A DNA stretch of 61,207 bases, filler included, from Sphacelaria rigidula (Eukaryota), in NCBI GenBank assembly GCA_964200075.2. It is 6 parts of 6 records of this genome, joined end to end, with 100 filler letters (N's around TTAATTAATTAA, not from the genome) between each part and the next. Parts side by side here need not be neighbours in the genome. Positions count along the whole stretch, not along the records: positions 1 to 10,119 come from CAXNAA020007097.1; positions 10,220 to 20,337 come from CAXNAA020007098.1; 4 more parts are not named here. One strand, written 5' to 3'. Below, piece after piece: positions 1 through 12,529 of this stretch. The position numbers were made by a program, and so were the translations under genes. The notes beneath the pieces are model-generated. The model was not told the origin of the DNA. It did no database searches and worked only from the letters and a program-made list of their open reading frames with translations. Numbering within the stretch: the stretch's first letter is position 1; each line of letters starts with the position of its first letter.

Positions 1-202
1 ACCCCACCGAGAGGAGCCTAGCCCACTTTTCCGATTCGCTTGGGTCAGAGATTTCGAGAGCGGCCTCTGGATAAAATTACGACCCGCAAATACCTGCAGC
101 CTGTGCACTGTATGTCTTTCTCGTATTTTTGTCCAGAGGCCGCTGTCGAAATCTCTGACCCAAGCGAATCGGAAAAGTGGGCTAGGCTCCTCTCGGTGGG
201 GT
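1..202. repeat. Inverted repeat (82-bp arms, 38-bp loop), probably the centre of a foldback/MITE element truncated by the scaffold start
   Basis: 1-82 is the reverse complement of 121-202 with 3 mismatches. The sequence at ~324-397 resembles the repeat end at ~25353-25423. Confidence 0.9.
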
Positions 203-927
203 GATAAAAAGTGTCCGAGACGTGTGGTGGCGATTTTTTCCCTGTTTGGGGGTCAAAAACCTTGTCAAATGTCCTGAAAGTGGAAAATACAAGCCAAACA
301 AAATACGAACCGGAAGAAACGGCCTAACTCCTTGAAATGGCGTGAAGTTTTGCCGATGAGTGTTTTGTTTTTTTTCCCCCGTGAACCAGCCTGTATGTGT
401 AGATGCAGATATAAGGCTGCATCTCGAACTCTTTTCTGCTCCTTCGTTTTCTTGAACGAGTGTGTCAGTTTTGCTTTTCTCGGGTACGTCTATAATTCGA
501 CCACGGCTTAACCCATGGGTGACCATGTCAAGTGCAACGATCAAATCAAATCAAGCAATCAAATCTCGGGATTTTTTCGTAGTGGTGAGGGCATTTGCTT
601 TTGTTGTGACGCTATATTACCACGTGTCAAACTACGTGTTATCCGCATTTTCTTCAGTGAAATGTTCTGTAGGATTGCACTGGGAGCCCCAAGTGGGAAC
701 GGAATTGTCTGGTTACTGCGGGCAGGCAGAACAAAACATATTCTTCCGTGTTCACGGCATTTCGTATTGGGTGTTGCTGATAAATGAGGTGTCAAGCGTC
801 GGATTCAACTGCTGGCTGGATCCGACATGTGCACACCCGAAGAATGTACACAAGAAGCTAAAATCGATATCCATCGTGAAGAACGATGACTTCAAAATAC
901 TCCTACCGATGTACTGGACGATGTTCG

Positions 928-1240
928 CATCGATATGCATCTCCACTGGCAATAGTGTGTGAAATATTACACCGACATGCACTTGTCGGTAGCGATAAAA
1001 TTTCGGCTCATGCCATTGATGCACACTGTTCATGCAAATGGACAATGAAATTTCACATCAATATACATGGTCCTTCGCCATAGATTCCGTGAAATTTCAT
1101 CAACGTAAAAGGTCAGTGACAAAATTGGATTTCAATTATTCTTGCCAATACGCATGGTCACTAGCAATGAATTTTAGTTTCCTATGTCAATACACACGGT
1201 CAGCGGCAATGGACGGAGAAATTTCATCGTTGATAACCAT
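928..1240. repeat. Degenerate ~42-bp tandem array (about 7 units)
   Basis: Units start at 928, 970, 1014, 1056, 1098, 1143, 1185 and 1225. Recurring motifs are CATCAATA.GCA.GGTC, GCAATG and GAAATTT. Confidence 0.6.
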
Positions 1241-4200
1241 TAAGATCGGAAAATATATTCGTCTAATACGGTAAATTCTATTGCTACCGCATTGGATCCC
1301 TTTTATTGTACAGGGTGTGCTTTCTAGTATCAGGATTTTCAGGAGGTTGTCATTTGTACGGCTTTTTTCCCGGATTGTGAACGGTATATAGTTTGCTTGG
1401 TTTCCACTCCTTGTTACACACAAGAACCAGATGTTACCTCGTCTGCATATAGACTGCCATATTCACCCCACCCATCGGCGAGGTTGGTGGTTCATGGATT
1501 ATCTGGACTGGCAGTATTCATTCGCGGACATACAAGGACTGAAGCAGAAAGCTAGTGCGACGCGAAGTGAAAATGTCTTCGAAAAACAGGGAAGAAGTAC
1601 TTCGACAAAGCTTTGTCGGCCCTCCTATTCCAGCGTTGACGGGAGAGTGTAGGGATGCTAGCTGCCACCACCCGCTGCGCGGTGAATGGCAATATGCAAG
1701 ACACTCGAAGGCACCAAGAGGTTCCCTATCGTGAGGCTGACGTGATGGACCACAGTCATGCACAGAGCTAATGCTCGTGTGCCAACCGATATGCCAACTC
1801 AAGGAACGAGATGATGGCGAAGTTTACCTTTATCTAAATGGCAGGCGTTGAAAACGCTAGCTATTCTAAGTTTGCTGGAGTTCTTTGCTCCTTGGCCAAA
1901 GTCCAGGCGCGCATGAATCGCGGTTTTTGTGCTCAACCTACTACTATTTGCAAGTAGTGGTATTCTGCGGCGCGAGCAAGCAGTATTACTGCAGTAGTAT
2001 GTTGCACGGTAACCTGTGTATGATAGTGTTCTTCGGCTGTGGCAGCTGTTGCTACGCGCCGCGCAGGGTTATTTTATGCCCTGTGCACGGAAGCATAGGA
2101 CAGATGCTGCTGCCTCTGTGGGCGGCTCAAGGCTAGGTGCAGGGGTCGGTGGCGAACATCAGCTGTGTCGATTGGTCGTCGTGTGCGGTCGAATACGTCA
2201 GAGAGTGCTGATATCGGGAAACATCGTACCGCCCGATGTGCGGGCTCACGAAAGGCGGGCTAGATTTCTTGGACGTTCGGAATTTACACAAAAAACAAGG
2301 AATGTTCTGCACTGCAGAGCCCACATCATCTGGGGGCATTTCATTTAATGCGGGTATGGCCAGATACTTTTTCGTGTGACTAACTGTGTATGACATTCGC
2401 CATGATCCACCAACGTTGATCAGCGCTCCAGTTCCTAAAAGCGTCGATATATTACGTATCCCCTCAGGATTGATGAAACCATGAAATTTTGCCATTTTAC
2501 GAGCAGGCAACGACAATGTCGAACACCCCTGCCGGCACCGATGCTTCATCATCGTCTTCCAACGGGAAGGGCAAAGGCCGTGCAATGCCCCGGAGATCAA
2601 GCGGCTCAACCAGCTTCCTCGCCAGAAAGGGTCAGATATGGTGAGTCTGGGAGGAACACCGACAACAGTGATTGCTCTCTTGAAGAGACCGATGAGGAAG
2701 ATTATGCTGTTTTCGGAATTATGATGAACGAAGGGCGGATATGACTACTTTTCCACGAGGGTACTCAGAGTGATCGTTTTTGACGAAGCAGACTTGCTCG
2801 GGGCTAGTAGATAACGAGGAGTGAACAGGACAGAGTCCGTGATCTTTTTCAGGGCAAAAGTAATACATGCAGGGAGGTTGGGAGTTTGCAAGTGATCGGA
2901 AATGTGCGTGGAGACAGATGCCGGCGAGTTTGCGGGAGGACTGAATGCGCAATACCAAGTCTCACCCTGTGAACCACTCATGTCCGCATCCGAAAATCCA
3001 AACCCTACGAGAACAGTCTTGCATCTTGAGCGCTCATGCAAATGCTAAACCCAAACCCTAGCTCAATCCCGAGCCCTAACACGTGACATTGTTACTACTC
3101 CTCGATCCCGATTGATCCTGTACCCCGCTACGCCTCTCTCAACGTTGGTTTCAGCTCTGGGTTCATTTCTAAGTTTGGCGTGGGTGCTCTTCAGGCTGGG
3201 TTCTACATCGGTTCGTGCCTCATGGTGAGTTTTTTTTTTTTTTTTTTTTTTTCCGAGATTCATTGGGTTTGAGTGGTTCACAAGGGGACGTCATGAAGGA
3301 GAATGCANNNNNNNNNNTTCTGTTCGTTCTCCCTTTCCGCTTTTGTCGGGTGTTCTCTTCCGGTTGGGTTCTACATCGGTTCGTGCCTCTTGGTGAGTTT
3401 TTTTTTTTTTTGCTTTTGCCGAGATTCATTGGTTTTGAGCTGTTCACAAGGGGACGTCATGAAGGAGAATGCAAAATAGGTCACCCTACGCCACCTTCTC
3501 GAATTTTGGACAAATAATACATGTATTTTTGTGAAAACATCACCCACACCGTTGTAGCGCGATTAATGCCGCGACCCTGTGCTCAAGTAATTTACATGCC
3601 GACACGTACGTGTCGGAGTCACCAGATGAGCTGGCTGGTAGCATTGCCGATTACTGTAACATATTTGTCCGAGGTGTTGTGGTCGTACCCGGCTGGGATT
3701 TCTGCGCGAATTGTACTCGGTTAGCCACTTCACGGTCGATATCTCAACGATGTGAATTCTTTCCGTGTCCTATTTTATCTTCTGTTGATTTCCTTTTACC
3801 TCATCTTGGGTAGTTAGCCTATGACCAAGAAAGGCGTCCGCATCAGATGCCCAGCACGGATTACTGCGCACAGATCGGAACGGTTGTGAATGTAAAGACA
3901 ATAACAACAACGATGCTGAACTAAGGTCGGTCCGTGATGAAAAAAATGTTCAGTGCTTTTTTCGCAGCGGTGTTGTGCTGGTAGGCAGAAGTCATGTCAA
4001 GCGAAGAACCTCATTTCGCGAGCAATGGGCATCAGCGCGATTTGTCCACGCTCACGCAGACCGGACTGTCGCGAACATGGAAATAACATTGAACGCGATG
4101 AGCAAAACGCATGAGGAATAGAGGCGTCTATACACGGTGTCACGTGCTGTGATCGCAGCTCTCCGTGAACGTCACCGTTTGTTGAGTTTTGCGGCAGGGA

Positions 4201-4584
4201 GTGGGTATGTGTTGTCATCTGCACGGAGGTTTCCATGCAGCAGATTCTGATATCATGGAAAGGCAAACTTTTGCTTACTTGAAATATGGTGATGGTTGAG
4301 CCAATCGATTAGGTTTCGGTGAATTTTAGGTGTTGGATACCCCCCGCCCGGCTTTGTAGGGATGTTAGTTGATGGTGTTATAACTACGACATGCAAGATC
4401 ATGAGTACACCTCCCCCCAAGCCTTACTACATGCCAGCTGTTCTGGACAGTGAACGTGATTACATAGCCAGTTCTGTGTATGTTACATTTTGCTTCATTG
4501 AGCGTAGCGGCGTAAGCCGCCGAAACCGCTTGTATATATCTGCTTTACCAAGACATTCTCTTTAAACACACAACCTTTGCCGCC

Positions 4585-4657
4585 GCTCCTGGTGGTCCAA
4601 TGGCACAAGTGACCTCATTTGGTCGGACAAAATGCGGATTCGATTCCCATCAGGTGC
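4585..4657 (+). pseudogene. tRNA-like sequence resembling tRNA-Glu; SINE head or tRNA pseudogene
   Basis: A box TGGTCCAATGG and B box GGATTCGATTCCC, with partly pairing ends GCTCCTG/CAGGTGC over 73 nt. The anticodon arm is non-canonical and there is no oligo-T terminator directly after. Confidence 0.5.
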
Positions 4658-5660
4658 GTCTAGTATAACTATTGTCTAATTTCCCCTCGGCAGCATCTGG
4701 TATCCGTCGGTGAAGACATACAGACGTGGGGAGCAGGAAAAATTGTCTGTTTGAGTTTCACGGTCAGAACGAATCAACTCGTGATTCAACTTATATTCAT
4801 CAATTCAACGAGTAAATCATACGATTCGTACATCATTTGTAATTTTTACGGCTTTCCAGCTCGTGAGCCGTGCAGTGCATGGCAAAGGTACCTGTTTCCC
4901 ACCCTCCGTTAATACGGGGTATATCATGGGCACGAATTCATCCCCTGTACTGCAAATTGAATGAATCGATTGCACATGCCACGCACTTACTACCAGCATG
5001 AGGCGTGAGCAGCATGTACAACTTGCTTGACCCAGTCGTTCGAGGTGAGCGCCCGTATATTTTTCCCACCTTCGGGTTACTGAGGGACCAACAATTTGCA
5101 CAGATTGAATCCCGTCATTTCATGGGCCCTGACTCACGCGTGCTTTTCTCCCATCTGTAATGCGCGCAAGATGCCTGCACTGCATATGTGTCATCCACCC
5201 TCGACTCAGCAGGACCAACAATTTATTCAGGTACAATCCTCTCATTTCATGGGGAGTCACTCCGTATGAACTCTGATTCGTCCTAAACGTGTTGAGTTTG
5301 TTTTGCGACAGTGTGCGCAGTGCGGGAGTGCTAATCTAATCCTTGATGTCACGATGTGAGGCGTGTGCCGGGGGAACGGTGCGTTGATCTGATCTCGAGA
5401 TCACGGACTGGTCCCGAGGAAGAAGAGGAGTTGAAAGAGAGATGAGAGTAAAATGTTGCTTGTTCAATTGGTCCCTCAAACTCGTTATTGGTATCAGAGA
5501 CCGAGGAGATGTGTACACTTGGTATATATATATACACACACCTAGTATAGATACGCTTGATGAATTGAGAATTGTTATACATACGCTCTTTATGTAAATA
5601 ATTGCACACTCCGTGGTGATCCCTATCTTATCCATGATTTGTGGGCACCGTTTGCTGCAG

Positions 5661-8600
5661 GTGGTGACAAAAACGGCGCTTCAACCGCAAGTGTACGAGT
5701 TCGTGATGGACGAAGCGGAGTACGAACGACGTGCTCAGGCCAACACTCCCATGTACAAAGACAAGATCAGGGTCCGGGACGTGGGAAAACGATCTGAGGT
5801 GACTTGACGTTCAGTGTTCAGGTTATAACTTGTTTTGCATTGAATGATGCGTCTGAATGGCCAGCAAGGGTAAAGGTGGGGGAATGACCCTCATGAATTA
5901 CCTTTATTATCTGAAAAGTATTTTATTTCCGTCGTTGGAAATTGAGAACAGTAGGACGTGAGTGGCAAACGAAGTTCACTTGACAGTCGGCGCAATCCGG
6001 AAGAGCTGGTCCTGTTCGCGATACGACAGTGTTGGAGCCGTGATGTACTCTGAGAAATACGGCCAGCTACGGTGAATCCATAGAGAGAACGTAGTCGTCT
6101 CGTGGAATGGAAATGTTTGCATGTATGACAGGAAAGAGAAGGGCAGTGATGGGCGGCCTCTTCATGTAAATGATGGTTAATACTTGATGGGTGTGGATCA
6201 TAGCCACCGATATGTCGAGAAGCCTACACTGTTCGTACGGTCGTTGGTAGATTCTGATAAGATCTTCGAAATACCGCGACGTCAAAAATGCCCGTTCAAG
6301 TCAGCTGACGGTGGCGTTGGTTAATGTTGACACGCACGTCGTGAGTGAATATTCCGGGCACAACGAGGTGATATTTTGCTCAACAAGGTAAGATATATAC
6401 GAAAATGGACCGCAAAAAGTGGACACTTCATTCGTGCTGTATTGCACGCCTACATCCCGAGAATCGTCCTATTGGCCGCGCTTTCGCCTTGGACGTTCAC
6501 CTGTGTAGTCTGCGGTCGTACGCTGCCTTCGATCAAGGGTTGATTGAGGATCGAGTGCTGGTTTGACTAGTGATCATGATCACATCAACTAATCATGAAT
6601 GGCTGATCGTTTGATCGTGATTTGATTGATTCGTTCTGCCGCAATAATACACAGACGACTGCTGCGGGCGAGCGCGTGTGAAATAAAGTGATTCATCATG
6701 AATCGTCAGCTCATCAAGGCTTACTCTTTTTTGCTGTGAAAGCTTCCAAAACAATCAAAGTATCATGATTGAATCAAGCTTATTATTTGGGAGAAATAAT
6801 CAGTAACCAAGTCAACGCAATCCACGGGTTGATATACATCACTGTGATCGTTCCTTCCGTCCCGAATGCATCCCTGTTCACTTGGAGTAGAGCCCCGAGG
6901 CGGAGAGAGCGGGGCCGGCGACAGAAGTACTCAACAGGCTGAGGGAGGAGGAGAAGGGCAGAGACCACTTCACCTACGTCGTGCTTACCCTCCGGGAAAA
7001 GCACATAGAGGTAAGGGTTGGGGTTGACTGCGAGTGCCGTGTGTGTGTGTGTGAAGAATGACCAAAATGCCAGAGGCCCTCTTTGAAGTAGATTGTATTG
7101 GGAATAAATGAGTACGGCTGCTGTGTAACTATGAGTCAAGAAACACGCAATGGGCAATGCACCGCACTCCCGGCGCTACGAAAAAGCACAAATGGGGTAG
7201 GGGAATGAGGCAACGCTTTTGGATCTTTTTTTCCTCAGGCGTCTTACTTCCCATCTTGTTCGATGAAATCATTCCCAACTTCATGCCTTTCGGCGATTTT
7301 TCAAGTCGATGTCCCCCCTGCTGCCGCGCTCCCCCTCCTCTTCCTCTAACCTAACTCAAACCGGCTGTTATGAAACGGATTGGACGATGCACAGCAGTGG
7401 TTCACGAACCACGAGAGGGGGGCTCTCAAGCGAGATCTGGCGTCCATCTACCACTACTACCTTCACCCCGAGCACTGCCCCGATGGTATTCGAAGGTATG
7501 TCAACTTTGGAGCAAGACACTGTAATGATATTGTACAAACAGTTTTCACTATAACAGCGTGAAAATGATGTATTCTTTAAGGTTTCCCCTCCAAAAAGTA
7601 TTGTGTCGTATATGCATGTATCACCCTGAGCAATATATGATCGATTCTTGCAATAGACTGAAATGTACGGCGTAAAGTATACGCCTATTGTAACAATCGT
7701 TCGCTCCACAATAGTTACAAAAGGCCTGCACTTTACGTGGTGCTTTTTTATGTAGTGCAACTATTGGCCATATATTGTTCGGGATGTGATATATATATAT
7801 GTATATCACGCAGTGTGATATGTATGATATGTGATATATATATATTTATATATATATGCAAGCATAGAATGTGCGTATGTGTCGATCTTACCATTAATAT
7901 TTCGCCTGTATCTCCTCCTCGAATATGGACTCGTGTATGCATCGTAGTCCGGAGGGGATAGACCATGATCTTGATTGTTGCACATTGACCAACCCGCTAC
8001 GATTACAGCTGTGGTCACAAGATAGACATACGCATCCGAGTTGAAGCACAAACACTGGTGTGAAGGGGAAAAGAAAAAAACTCAAGATATCAATGATCCC
8101 CGCGCGAGCTGAAGGTGCCATTATACGGTAACGGAGAGGGGGATGAAATGTTGCCCGAACAGAGCACAAGGGGTTCATGGATGTGATGGGCACCGACAAG
8201 ATTTGTGTACATACCGTAGTCGACCTTCGAATGTGTGAGTGATTCACTGAATCGTAAATATTATCCCAGGCAATTCGTCTTCATCGCTACGAAGTTCGAG
8301 AGTTAGTAGGAGTTGGAAAAAGAACTCGGTCGTCTTCAGTACAGTTTCCCCACACATCGTTGTTGGAGCACTATGGAGTGGAACCCTTGTTTTATCGAGG
8401 AGGAATATTGACCGTGTATGTCCCCAAAATACGCTTTTCCGACTGTGGCGCAATAAATATTTAGCAAATGAAGAAATTGAGCCGTGGAAATTGGCCAATA
8501 TAATGCTCCATCGCTTCGGTTGAGCGAAAGCATCAAAGAGCGAGAACCTGAGTACACTCGTGGGACCCCCGACGACCGGTTAGCCCGTAACTCGTTCAAA

Positions 8601-9172
8601 GTTGTTCGTACAACTTTTTTTTCTCCGAAATTTGTGTCGGGTCCTCACATCATTCCACTGCCCGCAGTATGTGGTGGAAGCGAAAGTGTGATATGTCTTA
8701 GCATCCGAATAAAATAAAAACTCGCTTTCGATCGGAGATAAAATGTTCAAATCCCCAACGTTCCATCTTTGCGAGGGGTAAAGCGTCGGGATTCCCCAAC
8801 GCACTTCTGAATTGTCAGGAAATTCGAATGGTGCTTTTTACTCTCTTGTTACCTCAAACAACGTGTCGAAGTGGCTACTTTCGGGCGACAGTTGATCGAC
8901 CCCTCCGGCCTTTCCGTGCCCATTGTTAAATGACTCAAAAAGACTCTCTCTTTTTCGCGTGGAAAACATTTCAACATGAAAACAAAACAAAACGAACGAC
9001 AACGCAGGGAACGCACGACTGACGACTCCAGCAGCGACACCGAGAGCGACTCGGAGGGAACCAAAGCGAAAGGGAAGCAGCAGCCTCTCGAGATCACGTA
9101 TACGCAGAAGACCCGATCCGGGCAGCGAAACACAGTAAAATTGACCGACGTCAATGATGATTTCGAGAGCAG
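5661..9172 (+). CDS. Multi-exon gene fragment, uncharacterised protein (exons 5661-5798, 6891-7010, 7395-7495, 9008-9172)
   Basis: All four exons have AG/GT borders and compatible phases (0/0/2). They splice into one open frame: VVTKTALQPQVYEFVMDEAEYERR...HFTYVVLTLREKHIE-QWFTNHERGALKRDLASIYHYYLHPEHCPDGIR-RERTTDDSSSDTESDSE. The product is not recognised. Confidence 0.7.
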
Positions 9173-10119
9173 GTGAGGCAGCGCGATGACTGGTCAGCTT
9201 ATTTTTTTCGTGATGTCGTATGTATATTAAATGGCACGACGTTTTCCGGCTTGCGTGCATTCGAATTGATCTTGGAACACCTGTGCTTGATTCGTCTCGT
9301 ATGAAAGAAAGGTGAAGAACATGTGCGTACGACTCATGCCGCATGAATGGAAATTGGAAAATGTAAACGCTTGATTCACATCGTATGAATGGAAGGTGGG
9401 ATATTTGTGCCCATGAATCATTCTGAATGAAAAGAAAGTGGAGAAAAAATCGAGTAGAAGTAGCAGTAGTGGTAGTTGTTGTTGTTGTTGTTGTTCAAGG
9501 AGGTGCAAGCTCGTGCCTCTAGTTTTGCGGCCAGATGATCATCGTGTGTCCCTGAATATTATCAGCATGCTGCTGGTTGTTTATGTGCAATCTTGGAGGA
9601 TGCATGCATCCTCGCCGGACCGCACATATCACGACCACACTGAACGGTGGTTGCGCGGCTTATACGGGACAACCGGTAGGCCAGTCGCCGCGGGGGGGGA
9701 GAGGGCGAGGCGTGTGCACGGCCCAACAGGTTGTCCTCGAGGATGTAACACACGGGGATGCCAGAATATTCCTGGTGTCGGCATCGTGGCCTACTCGTTG
9801 GTTGCCTCGTCTTGCGAAGAAGCTGTCGCGTGTATGTTTTTTTTTGTTCTTCTGTGTTGAATCTTGGGGGTATGACCGATTCAGTCGTAGTCTTACCTTG
9901 TTCGGCCCGTGGCGTCGTCGCTAGGTTTCCCCCATGTTTGTGGTGTACAGTAGAGTGAGAGGGGATTGTTGGCATGATTATTCTTGTGTGCGCATCATCT
10001 GCCGGGGTCGCTATATATATATATATATATATGTGATTTTTTTCGGTGGAGGGGGGGGGGGGGGGGAGGGGGGGGGGAGGGGGTCTTTGCTGTTTTCCTC
10101 CTTTGCGTGGGTTGTTTTT

Positions 10120-10219
10120 NNNNNNNNNNNNNNNNNNNNNNNNNNNNNNNNNNNNNNNNNNNNTTAATTAATTAANNNNNNNNNNNNNNNNNNNNNNNNN
10201 NNNNNNNNNNNNNNNNNNN
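10120..10219. other. Artificial scaffold linker (N44-TTAATTAATTAA-N44)
   Basis: Exact 100-nt spacer with stop codons in all six frames. Confidence 0.98.
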
Positions 10220-11351
10220 TGCGTTCGTGCTACAGGCTGGGCCGCCTAAGAAGCGGACTTTCCTTCAGCCGGTTTTAAATGATGATCTATCGCGAGTTGT
10301 GCCTACTATGACACATCGTGGTAATCTACAATTCAACGCGCATCTTCCACTTTACGTAGCACCGCGATCTGACAAGTTTCATCAAACGAAATACCAAACT
10401 GCAGTCAGCTGTGAAGTGTAGGGAGCTGAGCCTGGCATGTGCGGCGGAATTAGGGGGGAAAAACGGTTACAGTCAATTGTGCCGCGGCCGCGAAGTGATG
10501 ACGCTGCACTAATTGTGGTCGTACTACAAGGCATGTCGTACTGTAGGTGCGCAGTGTCTGAGATAGTACGCAGACCAGACCTCCAGCGCGGCAAGGCGTC
10601 GCGCTTGTCGAAAATGTCAAAGTTTCGGCTGAGGTTATTGTACTCTAAAAGCAATTGAACCGGTTTTCGGCAACAAAAATGCGATTTCACAGCTCAATTT
10701 GAAGTTGTTTTCCATGAAATTTTGACACGGTATACATGGGGTACCTGCGGATCCCCTTCCGTTTGCCCCCCTCTTTTTTTTTCTTTTCCTCGTATGTTAT
10801 TGGTGATCTGAAATTCGAAACATTGTTTTTGGTGCAAAAGCGTCGACAACTCATGAAAAAAAATGTCAAGGGGGGACAATAGGGAGTGCAACACATACCT
10901 CAATATGAAACTTAACGAATTCGGAACACAACCCTCAGGTGTTCAACACTCCTGACAAAACAAATTACTGCAATAAGCGACTATATCTGGTTCAACACTT
11001 GCAGATATGAAACGCTATGAGGAGGATCGTTCTCAAATCTTGTAAACAGCACAGCCAAAGGATAGCATAGCTCCACAAAACCCAAGCGCATACGTTGTAA
11101 GACGGCAAAATAGAAGAATGACTCGATGAATAGATCCGGAATATATTTACATCAAAAGAGCGCATGAGTTGACCGTAATGTAACACCGTAATGTAACAGG
11201 ATGTTATGTCGGATACCAGTATTTCCACCATGAGTCGTCAGGATAGAGTCGCGATACGGTCTTGATGTACCACACAGTTCAAGAAAGTACGGTTGTCATT
11301 CGTGAGTGTGAAAGTACAGCGAAAACAACATAATAAAATAAATGAAACATG

Positions 11352-11713
11352 TGTAAGAAAGACGTATTGCAAGGGGGGACAACCTAAGGAGGAGGCTGTC
11401 CTGAGAGATGTCGTCCTGATTCCGAAGGAACTCCGAAGTTGACGATGATTTCCTCTTGTGAGATGTGGGCAAGAAGTTGGGTCAGACAGGGAGTGGTCGC
11501 CGGGGACGACCAGTTCCTCGGGGGATGTTGGACCGTCCTGAATATTAGGCTCTTCCTGGCATCACCCCGACTTGTCTACTTTCGTTGGCATTACAGGGTC
11601 CTCGGGAATCTGGTCTATTCGGACCGTTCCCATCTTGCATCTGCTTGTTCTGGCTCTTTATACATGTGTGGCATCAGTCTCTGATATGTCACTGCGAAGA
11701 GGTATTCTCCACA
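11352..11713 (-). repeat. 3' LTR of the scaffold-2 Gypsy element
   Basis: Direct repeat of 18776-19137 with about 14 substitutions in 362 bp by eye. Confidence 0.95.
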
Positions 11714-12529
11714 TTTCCCCCCCCCTTTATGCGCCTCAAGCCCATCGAGGCCATGGCTGATGGGACAAGGCGATCATCAGCTTCGCTGATGATATAATCG
11801 TGGAAATTTCTTTGAGTGACCATCATTGATTGAGTCACGCCACCACTACTAGCAAAGGTAGCCCTTCTCTATACTGTGGTATTGAGCAAATACCCCCAGC
11901 AAAAATTTAGCTACCTGTGGTCTGTAATAGTGCATGCATTGCAAACCCTTATATTTTGGTTGTCTCTGTCATGCAGCTGTCATATGTGACATGTTTCCAT
12001 CAGATGTATTTGCATTCGGGTGCTGGTTGCATCTGCGGGTATACATGACTGGGCACTGGGACACTGATCAATCCACGGGGGCCTAGGTTATTCACGTCCG
12101 GGTTCTGGGACGCCTTCGGTTCCTCTGACACCTGCGTGGGACTACGTCCTTGCGTTGGTAACAAAGCGCGGTGGATACGATGTTGTCGGTCTGTGAGCAT
12201 TGTGCTTTTTGTCTAAACATCGTCAAAATGACCCTTGCTTCTTGTCAGCAACTACCCCCATTACTGAGAGGTTATCTTCCTTCGGAAGTTGCACCTCCGT
12301 CACCGCTGACATGTCAGGTCTTTCTCTGTTCATGTCTGTACTGTTCTAATGTTGTTTTTGACTCTCATCAATGCCCGAATTTTGACCTCAGGCTACTTAC
12401 TGCTCAACCCTTGAGCGTTTTGCTAAGATGCTCGAACAGTCTATTGAACAGTCACATCCGTTTCCGTTTCCCTGTAGTCTTGGATTTCGCGTCCGGATGT
12501 GAGCATTCAGCTAACCCATTTTCATGACG

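Noticed and set aside
2516..2800. Possible chromodomain or TE ORF remnant (EEDYAVFGIM)
   Set aside because: Multiple stops and frameshifts, and the diagnostic aromatic residues could not be aligned.
3198..3475. ~110-bp direct repeat flanking a 10-N gap
   Set aside because: Typical unmerged contig overlap around a homopolymer; likely an assembly artefact.
10164..10175. TTAATTAATTAA palindrome recurring every ~10.2 kb
   Set aside because: Always centred in exactly 88 Ns; it is a synthetic six-frame-stop linker, not biology.
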